A DNA stretch of 64,000 nt, from assembly GCA_032718475.1 (NCBI GenBank), contig JAUCBJ010006687.1, positions 10,635 to 74,634 on the forward strand. The letters run 5' to 3'. A program made the position numbers and the translations under genes. This document shows positions 13,805 through 27,256 of this stretch, one piece after another (the stretch's first letter is position 1; the number at the start of each line of letters is the position of its first letter). Under the pieces are notes generated by a model that was not told the origin of the DNA, did not search any database, and saw nothing but the letters and a program-made list of their open reading frames with translations. Source of the stretch: Nemertoderma westbladi (Eukaryota; Animalia; Xenacoelomorpha).

Positions 13805-15457
13805 ATCTGCTATATATGAGTTTATTAATATTATAATGAGTTTATATTAAAGGCCAGCGAGCGTCGCTGCCTACCCCAATCCGCCCCCGGACAGTGCGAG
13901 ATCCTCAGCACCGATGTGTCGTCGCCGCTGTACTTTCGCCAACGACGTAGCCACACAACGACAATGACAACCGGTACAAGTCACTCGACTGTCCGTCCCA
14001 AAGGCTTAGATACACCTCAGGTTCTTACTGGAGAGTTAGGGTTACTTTCACAATTGCGACTCACTACTGTAAACACACCTTAGTAGTAACATTCGCCTAT
14101 AAACTCACAAATACCACACACACAACTTGTCATAAATTACACACATTCGGGCCATTTGTCTGTTAGTCAATGCCTTCCAGAATGTCACTGTATTATTATG
14201 TATCCTTGGATACTAGCAGTGCGCTATTTATTCCCTATGCTATTCAATGGGACAAGCTTTCTATTGTTCTTTTAACTCAATTCTAATTCTAGCGTGGTTG
14301 TTGCTATGGTGACATTATGTAAAGCTAGCGGTAGAATTAGGGTAATTCCAATGCATACAGATCTGGGATGTTATTTAATAGTAATTCTTTAATAGTCAAT
14401 GTCCTGTTTTATACATGACTTTATGAATTTTATCGGCTATTGACTATGTTTGGGAGACTTTCGCACACTCATATGCATAATAAGATAAATCTCCGCTCCC
14501 TTGATCTATTAATTAATGGAATTTTGGGAATGTTATAAATTGCGTAAAAATGGCAATTTATTAAATTCATTAAAAGGCATGAATTTAAATTATTCCCTGA
14601 AATTTTATTATTTGATAATTAAATGGACATATTTTGATTCTAGAACATGTCTGGGGACACAAGATTCTTAATTCTATGACAATTGTCTTTTTAAGAATAT
14701 CGGTAAATGCTACGATATCTTAATTGACTAGAATTGTTGAAGGATCTGAATTTTACAGATTTTGATTTATTAGATTTGCAAATATTAAATAATTAATATT
14801 TGAGATGGGCACCGATTTATTCCAGAACTTGTCTGGGGACGTTAACCACTGATTCTAGAATTTGTCTTTCAAGTATATCGGTGGGTGCCGCGATATCTTA
14901 ATCGACTAGAATTACAGATGGTCAAAGGGTTTAACAGATTTATTTTGCGTTATACGCTACTGTTAAAGGGACATCACGCTACTATATGTATTATTTAATA
15001 TACGGTATGAGAGCAATATCGCACGAAGCAATGTCAGTGTGAAGAGGCAAGTCGTTTCCAAGGTCTACCCAGAGCTTGGTTTAGCCGAGACACGAGGATC
15101 TGAACTTTGCATTCCTAATACTCTGCCTACCAATAATACTTAAATATAGTAGTGGCTTTATTGTACTTTAATAAGTACGGACATGTCATCTTACTGTAGT
15201 TACGTATTTATAATATAATACGGACAGTAAGGAAAGAGAAAAAGAATTGTTTCTCGCCGTCGCACTAAATATAATATAAGTAATTACGTACGCAATGAAT
15301 ACGAACATATTGCAATATTCTACTAAATAATCGCTAAATAATATTCTACTAAATTAAATAAAACGATTATAATAAAATTACATAGTAATACATACATAAA
15401 TATAAAAATAATAAAATAATATAAAATAATAGAGTCACACGCCCACTCCGAACGATA

Positions 15458-18400
15458 TTAAGTTGGGGAGTCCCTAGATGTCGGTTGGATTAGGGAAGTG
15501 GTCGTGGGAAGAGTTTCTTGCCTTCCATAGTTTCCGGAGAGCTCTCTGTCTCTTTCCAGTAAACATAAACGACCCACTGGGCGATTGAGCTGTTGAGTCT
15601 CAAAGACTATCCCTGGTTTCTTAAAGTTACGCCGCATGACGACGAGCTCTACTGATCGCACCAAACCATCGCTCGAGATATGAGTCTCGATGATACGTCC
15701 TGTTTGCCATCGCTTACGTGGGAGATCGGGGTCCACAATAAGCACCATGTCTCCAGCGCTGACGTTTTCTTGCTGCGCAAACCACTTAGTTCGAAGTTGT
15801 AGAGTGGGCAGGTAATGTTTCTCGAAATGGTCAGCGAAACGACGGGATAGCAACTGCATAAGTTGCCAGGTTCGACGGCAGTACTCGTCTCCGTCTGTGA
15901 TCTCCGATCGTGGGAGCATGGCTACGGGTTTCTTCAGTAGAAAGTGCGCGGGTGTTAGCGCTTCCAGGGAATCAGGACTTGAAGAGACTGGCATAAGCGG
16001 TCTTTCGTTGAGATAGGCGGCGATTTCCTCCATTAACGTCCGCAATAGTTCGTCGGTGAGATAAGCGCGACAAGGTACAATAAAGTGGAACGCAGTCTTC
16101 ACGCTCCTAATCAATCTCTCCCAACTTCCTCCCCACCAAGGGGCGTCGGCGGCGTTGAAGGTCCAGCTAGACGCTGTTATCTTTAGCTGATCGTCCACCT
16201 GTCATTTGTTCCAGTCCTTTACGTAAGCTTGAATTTCGTTGTTGGCGCCAATGAAGTTCGTTCCCTTATCCGATCTCATCGTGTTACTGGTTCCGAAACG
16301 AGCGATCTGTCGTCGTAAACTCAACACGAAGCTGTTGGTGGATAGATCGTTTACCATATCGAGATGGATAGCTCTACAAGTCATACAAACGAAGATGACA
16401 CACCATCTCTTGACTATAGTCCGGGCACGATATACTTCAATAGGGCCAAATAAATCCACACCGGTATTAGTAAAGGGTGGTTCATAGAAGCTTACTCTTT
16501 CCCTAGGTAATTCTGCCTCTCGCTGTGTTAAAGGCCTACTGAATGCTTTCCTACAGGGTATGCAGTTCCTAAGAACTTGGTTCAGAGCGCTACGGGGTTT
16601 ATAAAAATAGTAGCGAGTTCGAATTTCGCTCAGAACTCGTTCTCTTCCAGCATGATACAGTTTGCTATGAACATCTACAATCATCTTGATTTGTATGTCA
16701 AGATTTCTAATGAGTATGGGAAACTTAGTGTCAAAGGATAAGGGGGCATTGGTGAGCCTGCCTCCAACACGTATTAACCCATCTATCATGGTACTAGAGA
16801 AGCGATCCCTTAAGCGCATCTGCGGATTTCTTAACAATAGGAAATACTTATCAGGATCCTCATAGCATTGTAGGAGTCTCAGCATCTGTTTGTTGGTTTC
16901 ATCATGCTCCTGGTAACTGATCTTCTCCTTTAGAAACCTGTCGGATATCTTGTATTGGGGAAGGTCTTTAACAACATGGACTCGTGCAGATGTTGATGGA
17001 GCATCATCACTATTGGTCTTTGTCCCGGAGTAACGATGATGAAAACATCGTTTTAAATAGGTGACGGCTTTGCAGAGCCGATTCCAGGAGCTGTAGTGAC
17101 ATATCGCTCTCTGCAAGAGGGGTGAGAGTCCTTGCGCGATATCTGGTATTCCAGATTTCCAATCCTTGTCACGGATTTCCAAGACTTCTTTAGTCGTGGC
17201 GGTGGGTTTCTGATCCAAAGCATCCTCTCCGGAAGTAAATAATACAGATAGATCAACCGCAGGTTTAAACAACTTCGATTTACTCGCTCGAGTTTTGGGT
17301 TTAACTTTCTCCGCTCCCTTGGCCTGTCTGATCTCTGCTGTTGTGAGATGGGGAGGCCATTCTTCTTCTTCTTTGTAGAGAAAGTCGGGTCCACCTAACC
17401 ATTCGGGAGTATTTACCAATTCCTTTGGAGTCGCTCCTCGGGAAGCGATGTCTGCTGGATTAATCGTTCCGGGGCAATGTCTCCATTGGTCCATCGTCGT
17501 GCGACTAAGTATGATGGCTACCCTGTTGGTAACGAAGACGCTGAACTGACAGACTTCATTGGTTATATACTCTAACACGAGTAAAGCGTCGGTCCAATAG
17601 ACAGTTTTCTCTAATGGATAGTCAATCTGTTCTGTTACATTCCGGCCGATGGCTGTAGCGTATAGAGCCGCTTTTAACTCCGCTCGAGGAACTTTCAACT
17701 TGTTGTTGATTAATGCCTTAGAAGTAACCAAGGCGACTTTGATTCCATCCGGAGTTTCCACTCTTAGATAGGCTACTATACCTATTCCCATATCGCTGGC
17801 GTCTCCAAACACATGGAGTTGATAGGAATACGTAGGGAGAACATGACCAAAATATGAACGGGAAATTATAAAATCCTCGATAGCCGGCAGAGAATCTTCC
17901 CATTTCATCCACTTCTTCAATAATTCTCCCTTAAGTGGATCGTCCCATGAGTGGTTTTCAAGCCACATTTGTTGTACCAAACTACGAGCAATCAATATAA
18001 CTGGGCTAATAAATCCCAATGGATCGAAATAAGTGCTCAGTATACTTAAGCAAATCCGTTTGGTTCGAACTGGATTATCTCGCTGTTTTAGCTGGAAAAA
18101 CAGAATATCTCGCTCTGTGTCCCATTTCAAGCCGAGTGTCTTGGTTTCTGGCAGATCATCTTTGATCAAATCTAGATCTTTCGCCCCTCGATCTTCCGCA
18201 GGGATCGACTCCAGAAACTCACGGGAGTTGCTGGTGAATTTTGTTAATCGAAACCCACCTCTTTTTAAGCACTCTACTGTTCCCTTAGCGACCTCAATGG
18301 CTTCCTCAACTGATGGGAGGGACTTCAGATTGTCGTCCATGTATATGTCTCTCTTGATGTTGCCGATCACTTCCTTAGAGAATGCCTCTCGGTTGTCCTC

Positions 18401-21400
18401 TGCAGTAGTACGCACTACCGAACAGGCATTGGAAGGGCTTGAGATTATCCCAAAGGCCTGGATGGTCATCCAGTACTCCACCGGTTTCTGGTTGAGGTCT
18501 CCTTCGGGCCACCACAGAAATCGTAGACTATCTCGATCCCTATCTAGCACCTTGACTTGTAAGAACATGCCTTCTATATCGGAGGCGAAAGCAATCGAAT
18601 ATTGTCTCAATCTTAAAAGAATTCCCAACAAAGATTGAAGTAAGTTGGGTCCGGGTAACAATTCAGAGTTAAGGGATTGACCCATGTAAAGAGCGGAGCC
18701 ATCAAACACTACTCTCACTTCATGTGGTTTACCGGGTTTAGGAACGTAATGGTGAGTTAAGTAATACGTTCTTTCAGTCACAGGTGTTTCTTCCGGTACT
18801 CTCTCCGCGTATCCCTTACTAATAAATTTCTCCAGCTGTGTTTGATACATTGCTTTAGCTGAAGAATTAGCCGTAAGGCGTCGATGGAGTTGCGCGATTC
18901 TTTTTTCCGCCAAGGGTCTGTTATTGATGAACTTCGGTTCTCTCTTGCGGAAAGGTAGACCGACTTCATACCTACCTTGATCTTTGAGGAAACGTGTAGT
19001 TGTCTCTTGGATCTGCTTGGCCCTTTCCTCTTCCACCGACAAGGCTTTATCGTAGGAATTGGGCTCTACCGCCTCTTGCGTAAAGAATCTTACGGCATGT
19101 TCATCTCGAGTCTTGGCGTTACAACGCTCAATGACGTCATTTAACTCGTCGTTATAAGCTTCTCGTTCAGTTGGATAAAGAAGTTGACATAAGTTCACTT
19201 GGTTTTGCCAAGCTTCGTTTTCCGTAAGGAGATCGATGGTATTCTCCTCATCAAAAAGCTGGTGAATGTTGTCGTTATCTGAGGAGTATGGGGTTCCCTC
19301 AGTTAAATCGTCTCTCTCACTAGTATCATCTTCCCATTCACTCACCTGGTAGACGCGCTCTTGCGGTAGTCTTTCTCTGAGTGTTCTACGGGAAGGGCCA
19401 GTAAAGTACCAACCTACTCTAGTTCTTACCGCATAGGTCTGTAGTGGCTGCGGTTGAGCAGGCCGTTTCTCCAATGTCTCCAGCGCCTCATGCGCGTTTT
19501 GGCCGATGAGTATTTGCACTCCAGGATAATCAGTCTGGAATCGAGGTATCTTAAGATGTTGGATGCTCTCATCCTCGTCCCAATTATAAAGGTCTGCTTG
19601 AGTAGTAGCGAAGTTCTTTATAGCCACCATTTTCACCGACCTTATGCTATGTTCTCCTAGTTCGTCTTGTGGGGTGGACAACGCGCCTATATAATAATCA
19701 GCTGTTACTGTAGATTTCCAAACTTGCATAATGCCGGACATGTTTAGCTTAGTTCGGAACTTGGGTTGTCCAATGAAGATGTCTTCGGCTAGTTCTTTAT
19801 CAATGAATGTTCCTGTGCTGCCGGAGTCCAGGAGGGCGTTCACTATATAGCTCTTCTGAGGTCCATGGACCCGTAACTGGACTACAGGAAATTCTCGGAT
19901 TCCTACATTGGAAGTTGGTGCTTTCCACGATGGTTGTCGCTCAGAAGTAGTTAGAGTGAAGTCGTTGTCTGTATCCTTTTCATATGTGAGTGCTCGATAC
20001 ACTGCGGTATTTATCATGTAACAGGAATCGTTTTCGTCGGAGAACTCGTCCGTATAGAATCCTTCCATCTCAGATTGATCAGTGTCGTTCACATCACTGA
20101 ATTGGACATGTAGTTCGGAATCACTTACCTGATTAGGACTATTTCGATTGAATTCAGCGTGCAACAAGATATGATGCTTCGCACCACACTTTGCACACCT
20201 TATGTCTGAGTAACAGGTTCGCCATTGATGTCCTTGTCTGAGGCAATTATAACACAACCGCTTGTCCCACATGACTTCACGTCTCTCAGTTAATGATTTC
20301 TTTAGAAATTCATCACACATATTCAAGCGATGGGTCCCATCACATAGCGCACATTTTGGTTTGATGTTACTCACCTTAATCTGAGTCACATTGTGTACAC
20401 TTGCCTTTTCTTCGGGCTTTCTCACTGGAATTCTCTTGGGAGACGTGGGAGGAGTTTTTCTTACCTGTTCTCTCCTGTCATTTGCTCGAGACTTGAATTT
20501 ACTTACCTGATCTTTAGGCATTTTATTGACATAATAAGATCTATCAGTGTCTTTCCCGCTATCTTCTCCTTGAGAAGTCTGGCTTTCGCCGTCGTCTGTA
20601 TAACACACTGGTGTTACCTTTCTCCTAGAGACGGGTTTTTCACTTACCTTGTTTTCCGGTGTCTTCTCTCTGGACAGTTTCAGGAGCTGTAATTTCACTT
20701 CTCCATCTAGGAATGACATGAGATCAGCCATGGTAGGTGTTGTGGATCTCGTCGTTGTTGTTCCATCATATATAACACTTTCTTATCCCAGCGTGTACCT
20801 ACTCCACCCTTCGGTAAAGTAGAAGCCACTGCTCTAATAACCATAGCATTCTGATACTCCTGAGACTTACCTAGCCAATCTAATTGTCTACAGATCTCCT
20901 GAATCTCATCGGAAAACTCGATAATTCCGCTGCTAATAAACTTTCGGGGCGCTACCAACTTTGCATACAAATACCCAGCGATGTTATTCCTATTACCATA
21001 CCTGATGTTTAGTGTATCCCAAACTTGTCTTAATCCGTCTGGATGTCCAATATACTTTAACGCCATTAATTTGGGAGATCCTTCCAAGCACTCGATGAGG
21101 AATCTAAGTTTCTCTCCATTAGATAGTACAGAGTTCTGTATGTTATCTTTGTAATATTCATTAAAAGGTAACCATTTCATCTCATCTCCATTGAACTTGA
21201 CGATCTCTCCCACCTTCACCGCTTGCCGGGCTTCAGTTCTAGCCATTTGACGCGTAAAACTTTCTTGGGCCATCGTGTTATTTAATATCGAGTTATCGGT
21301 ATATAAATTTCTCGGATTATGATCAGGTCTATAGGGAATGTCATTATCAACAGGTCTATAATTACCCTTAATAGGGTTCACTATAGGAGTTTCTACTTCG

Positions 21401-23655
21401 CTAGCAGTATATATGCGTGTAGGCTCCACACCTTGCGCATGAGATACTTCAGACCTAACAGGTTGACACATTGTTACCGAGGGTGGTGGTATACCCCTTT
21501 GAGTATTTACTAATTTATCGCGTTCTAGCGCGATACTTTGCTGCACTTCTTGCAACTCTAGCCTACTTTCCCTTACTGTGCCCTTGAATTGCTGAACAGT
21601 CTCCTGCATCTGCCCGAGCAGGAGATCCATCCCCCGCCGTCTCTCGTCCACCCATTCGACCGCCGAAACGGGAGTCGCCAACGTTGTAGCGGGTGGACGA
21701 GGGACAACGGGCGACAAATCATGAATATTTCGCTCGGGGTCCAGGACCTGAACTGTCTCCTGGGCAGTTCTACTGGGCACAGGTAGCTTAGTGCTATGCA
21801 GAGGGAATTTAGAGGTAGCTTCAGGGAGCACAGGTGTGTCTATCACCGAAGGGGTGATTTCAAGAACAGGCCTAATTATTTCAGGCTCATCTACTATAGT
21901 AGGGAGTCTTTCTATTTGAATTATTTGGTCTGTGGGCTCTGTACTACCTAAGTTGGTGTTATTTAGTTGTCTTCTAACAGCTGGAGGCAAATCAGGCAAT
22001 TTCTGACGATGGAATGTTCTTTTACGTCTGCTTAGACGAGATCTATTTCCTTTGCCTTCAGTATCGGTAGTATCGCCTTCCTCAGATGATGTATACCCCT
22101 GTCTTTTGGGAGTAGATCGACTCATCATCTGCATATTACTAGCTGTTAACTGTTTATTGAAGTTGTCTTGCCTCTCTTGAAGATTTTCCAACTCTAGTTG
22201 GGTTGCCTCTTCAGATGCCCTCCGTTCTGCTTCTGCCACTGCCTCTGCTGTTGCCAGTGCCGCTTTTCTTTCCGCTTCGGCCTCTGCCACTGCCGATGCC
22301 GCTTTCCTTTCCGCTTCGGCCTCTGCCACTGCCACTGCCACTGCCGCTTTTCTTTCCGCTTCTGCCGCTGCCACTGCTGCTGCCACTGCCGCTTTTCTTT
22401 CAGCTTCTGCCGCTGCCACTGCTGCTGCCGCTTTTCTTTCCGCTTCTGCCTCTGCCACTGCTGCTGCCACTGCCGCTGTCTTTCTATCTTCTATACGTTT
22501 TTTCTTTACTTGTTCTTCTTGGTCTCTAGCGATGCGGAGTTGTTCATCGAATTTAGCTTAGTTCGCCGCTAACCTATCCACATCAATTGCATCCAACACA
22601 CGCTGGGCTCCTTCACTATTAGGGCTAAGTCCATCTAGCCTTCTCCTCAACTCTTCATCTCCCAAAAAACGCTGATAGTCTGACAGATAGATGTCAATGG
22701 CATCCCTCTTATGCGGTTTCTCTGCCGTCGCTTCACTTTCCACTTGGGAAAAAGTAGCGTCCGTTGATTCTCCATGGGTTGAGCACTCCTCCAGCTGAGC
22801 TTTCCACTGAGCTGTTCCTTGAACCTGGCGACTCACCCGTTGAAACCAAGTCTTTACGGCAACTTGCAACGACGTGTCTTGTCTTCTTTTAGAAGCCTCT
22901 TCAAAGGCTGATAATATTAGCCTGATTCGCAGAATTCTTTCTCTAACTTGATAAAGCAGTTGTCCCTGCTCTTGAGGTCCTTTAGGTTGTTGAAACAGTT
23001 GTTTTTCTACTCTCTCCATAGAGCTGAAGAATCCCTGTGCGTATCCGGCTGCGGACCTCTTCCACACAGCTGGATCGATGGTTTCCTTGGCTACTCCCAT
23101 CCGGTGTATGTCTTCCCAGGCAGCTTCTGATAAATCGAACGGGAGTCCGGGTCCGGGGAAGTTCCATTGCGACTCGACCATAGATTTCAGTTCTTCCTTT
23201 GTGTATCCCGCATAACTATCTTTAGTTGAGCGCTTACTTCTCGCCCAATCGATCTGGTGTTCTTCCACCGCGATCAATAGCCTAGTGAGTACGGCTGCAG
23301 GAAGGATGAGAAGGGGATCCGAATAAACCGCATCCGTCATCCTTGCTCCGCGCTCGGGTGTCAGTTCTACAGTATCTTCACTACTGGAGCTGTCGGGCCG
23401 CTGAGAAATAAGTTCTTGGCTCGCGGGTTGTTGCTGTTCCGCTGCTTCTTGGTCCCGCTTGACCTGAGCTCGAGTGCCTATGATAGACCTACGATGTTGG
23501 ACCAGCCTAGGTTCTGTTATTACTACTGGAGGGATGACCTTCCTCACAGTGGGAGGTGAACTGAACTTAGGACTAGACGGTTCTACACCTCTGTCTGAGT
23601 CGCAGATAGTTACATCTAATAAACTGTCTGACAGGTTCTGTTTAGTGTCAGACAT
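15458..23655 (-). pseudogene. gag-pol of BEL copy 1, with three lesions
   Basis: Colinear with copy 2. Nonsense TAA at 22558-22560, 8-nt insertion frameshift at ~20740, nonsense TGA at 16202-16204. Contains DUF1759-like KFNGDEMKWLPF, Zn knuckles, LLDSGS protease, YMDD RT, HVFGDAS RNase H, HHCC/DDE integrase. Confidence 0.93.
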
Positions 23656-25982
23656 GTTGGTTTGCACAGTTGAATGCCTACTGCTATATTACAGTTTAAG
23701 CAAGTCTAGTAATTCAGAGTTAACTGCTAGCCTAGTAATTAATTACCGATACTGCTACTCAGTGTAGCGTGATATATATAATATATTAGAATACCGGTAT
23801 GCTTATTGTATATATAAGTATTATTACAGACTAGGTTTTTCACAGAAACCGGTATATAATTTTAGCGCAAATATATATAAATATATAATAGGCCTATCGG
23901 GAATACCGGTATACAGCTTACAGTTTGTAGTATATATAATTCTGGACTAGAATTAATTACAAGTACCGGTATAATTTCAGCCTAAATTTATAGAAATAAA
24001 GATAATAGGCCTATCGTAAATACCGGTATGCAGTTTACACTTATAGTGTATATATATAAGTATAATTACAAACTAGAATTAATTACAGAATACCGGTATG
24101 ATTTCAACCTAAAATTTATAGAAATAAATATAATAAGCCTATTGTAAATACCGGTATGTCAATTATTTTAAATAACTGAATTTCTGAATTTTAAGGGTTA
24201 CTTGGTTACCTTAACTTACTTTATTGCCGTTATTTAAGCAGTAGTCCAACTGATATTGAGACCTAATTGTTGTATGGCAGGCCTACTATTTATAAATCGT
24301 TTGAGTTGATTTATAATATATATATACCCGTTTAATGGGTTTTGTCAATGTTGAAATAAATGTTATTATTTCTGGGGAGTAATCACTACACAAAGCGGTG
24401 CGCTTTCAGTGAAGTGTTACTTATAGGACACTAAAACAAATAATGCTAATTTACCTAAGTTACTTAATACTACAAATTACGTACGATTCGGGTTGAGATT
24501 ACAATCTCTAAATAAACACAAAAATTTACAAAAACACAAATACGAATTTTCAGGGTAATTGTACAAGATGTCTACAAACCAGCCTAACAAAGGGTTAGTA
24601 TCTGGTTATTACAACGGACAGGGTACTACGGTATTTGAAAATAATAAGTAGTAGTAAATACACTGCGTTGTCCAGATAGGAAAATACCACCGCCTGACGA
24701 CCTATAGCCGTATCGCTATAGGTACTACGTTATGTATCACGGAGTGTTCCTACCTAGAAGTTAATAGAGCTAATCGAACGTGCCTATCAACCACTTTACA
24801 ACACAAATATAATGCCTACACTAATTACTTTCGGAAAGCACTGTACACTAAACCCTAAATTAGGTACGAGTACTTGTACAACAAATAATCAGTAGTTAAA
24901 TATACTTGAACAGCTAAAAGAACCACGGCATCTGCTGGAGTGACCGGTGCACAAAATCACCAGTCTTTACCTACGCCAAGCAGCCCGTGTAGTACCGGGG
25001 TTAGTTTAACTATAGCGGTATGTATAACAAACACAATTATTGTAGGAACAAACTTGGGGAATGAATGTTGCGAATAATCGCATAAACTCTGAATAATAAA
25101 TATTACGCTACGCGTACAAACCACTCAAACAAAATGCAGACCAAACACTGACAGACTACTATCAAGCCTAAATAAACTACAGGACATGCAGACTCCGAAA
25201 TAGTTAGGTAGTATGCGTTCTAACCCAGTAGTACGACTTATTCTTTAGATGGGGGTTTACCTTACAGCATTGGCTGCCCCTACTTCCTAACCGTTCTTTA
25301 TCGGACAGAGGCTCTACACACACTGCAATCCGTTCAGACCTAATAACAGCCAGACAACTATCCAGCCTACAAATTATCTAAATAAATATTATACGCTACC
25401 TGTACAGACTACACAAACAAAGTACAGACTAAACGATGGCAGACTACTCTCAAGCCTAAATAAACTACAGGACATGCAGACTCCGAAATGATTAGGTAGT
25501 ATGCGTTCTAACCCAGTAGTACGACTTATTCTTTAGTTGGGGGTTTACCTTACAGCATTGGCTGCCCCTACTTCCTAACCGTTCTTTATCGGACAGGTGA
25601 TCTACACACACTGCAATCCGTTCAGACTTAACAGCAATCAGACAACAGCCCAGCCTACAAATTGTCTGTACTATCTGATCAGGCTTACACGCCTTCTGTT
25701 CAATACTGGCCTACAAATAAATAAAACTGACAGAAATAAGTAAGCTCCAAAAGAAACAAGGGGTGTACAGTCCCTAATCTCTTAAACAGCCTACCGGTAT
25801 ACAATAATCAAATCGAATAATACTAATGTACTTATACGGGAAGTACCGGTTAGGACAGTTAGGCCTACGGACCTACAGAAGTACCGGTTCTGGCAGTTGG
25901 ACCTACTGACCTACAGATGTACCGTTCAGGTTTACCGGTTGACCGGTACTTTCAACTTTATTGCTTACTGCAATAAAGAAGC

Positions 25983-25994
25983 TATATCCGTTAT
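25983..25994 (-). promoter_or_regulatory. Non-tRNA primer-binding site of copy 1 (sense ATAACGGATATA), complementary to LTR segment 26753-26764
   Basis: Directly abuts the 5' LTR end; no TGG; perfect 12-bp inverted match inside the LTR. Confidence 0.7.
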
Positions 25995-27202
25995 TGTTCG
26001 CGCTTTCAGACCTTTGGCAGTTTAACCCGCCAAATTAGGATGTCTTTTAGATAATAAATCACTTTTAGCCTATGACAAGTATTTGATTCACTACACTAGT
26101 CGAAACCAATCTGTGCGCGATCATTCACCCGCTGGATATACCCGGGAGATTGGGTTCGACGGCTTAATCTTATTGCTATGTAAGCCTAATGTATTATTCG
26201 ACTGACAGTATTATATAATCTCTGACAATATTATTCACCTTCGGGAAATATTAACAGTTCCTTTAGGACGTGGTGCTCTATCTATATAAACAGAGTTATG
26301 ACTTAAACTACTCACAAGGATATGGCTTAGTTATAATTCACATATATGGCGCATTCTTTAGGAAATGCTTCGTTATCAGACTCACTCATACACAATGCTG
26401 CACAATACTGCACACTGATCTGCCGATCTTCACTGATTTTAGCCACATATAAAAGGAACACGGACCGACTCATGTAGGGTCTATCAAATAACATTAGATT
26501 CACTTCAAACCACTTTAACATAAGTCACAATCGTTATATGTAACCTTTCTCTCTTACCTTTGGTATATCAAGAATATTGGGTTTTCGGGGTTATTTATCG
26601 TTATTCCAAATATAATAATTCATCAACCATATTATGAAGAACTGACAGTAAATAGCAGTATAACAATATAAAAGTATGCACAGGTTGTTTGATTAGGTAT
26701 GGTATGTTATGTTTAGTTCATCAGTGATCAGACATCAGTTAAGTATGGATTGATAACGGATATATGTCCTTATAATTAAGCCTACTAGTGTAAGGCTAAA
26801 ACAGAAAAGCACAAAAATATTCCAAAGCCGCTCTCTCCTGGCTTAGGACAGAAAGACCAACAACACTGAAAACTGATAAGAATAACCTTATTTACAAAAG
26901 ATTCCACCCACCACAGAGAAAGAGCATACAGATAGGAAAATTCAGTTCAGTAGATCTGTGATAGGTCGAAATCAAAATCAACTCAAATCCTATTGGCAGA
27001 TACAGAAAGCAGGGCTGTGGGGCAACTTTCCCAAGCTGGTTGGACAATCAAACGTAGCCCAGATCCCTTCGCACAGCAAATCAGCCAATCAGCCGGTAGC
27101 TTGCGCTATTCGAGTTATAGATCCCTTTTAGAGTATTCCAGCGCCTTGGGGGGAACTGGTTAGCAAAGCAAACGAATCAGTTATCCCACAAAAGCTTTTA
27201 CA
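25995..27202 (-). repeat. 5' LTR of BEL copy 1
   Basis: 1208-bp direct repeat of 11018-12225; TG...CA ends; followed by the TSD. Confidence 0.97.
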
Positions 27203-27215
27203 CTGCTATACTGTT

Positions 27216-27256
27216 ATATTGACACCCCCCCCCCCCCCCGGGTTTAATAGGGTTAA
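27216..27256 (-). mobile_element. piggyBac-like terminal inverted repeat remnant
   Basis: Reverse complement TTAACCCTATTAAACCCGG(G)nTGTCAATAT matches 60152-60183; TTAA followed by CCC is the piggyBac end signature. Confidence 0.5.

Larger units (their letters stand above)
11018..27202 (-). mobile_element. Full-length BEL/Pao LTR retrotransposon, copy 1 (16.2 kb)
   Basis: Two 1208-bp direct repeats with TG...CA ends; 5-bp TSD CTGCT at 11013-11017 and 27203-27207; domain order gag-PR-RT-RH-IN; three zinc knuckles. Confidence 0.97.

Noticed and set aside
18033-18638. 201-aa antisense ORF over RT, open in both copies
   Set aside because: The copies are too similar for shared openness to be informative; TTG/GTG-type start and no motif
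20707-20745. Programmed frameshift in copy 1
   Set aside because: It is an 8-nt insertion absent from copy 2, where the frame is continuous
22198-22572. Cys-rich and Leu/Pro-rich ORFs (also 36757-37206)
   Set aside because: Antisense readings of the Ala-rich Gag repeat
26715-26740. CTGATGA (hammerhead core) on the sense strand just downstream of the putative primer in copy 1
   Set aside because: Not conserved in copy 2 (CTGATCA), and no correctly spaced GAAA or three stems were found
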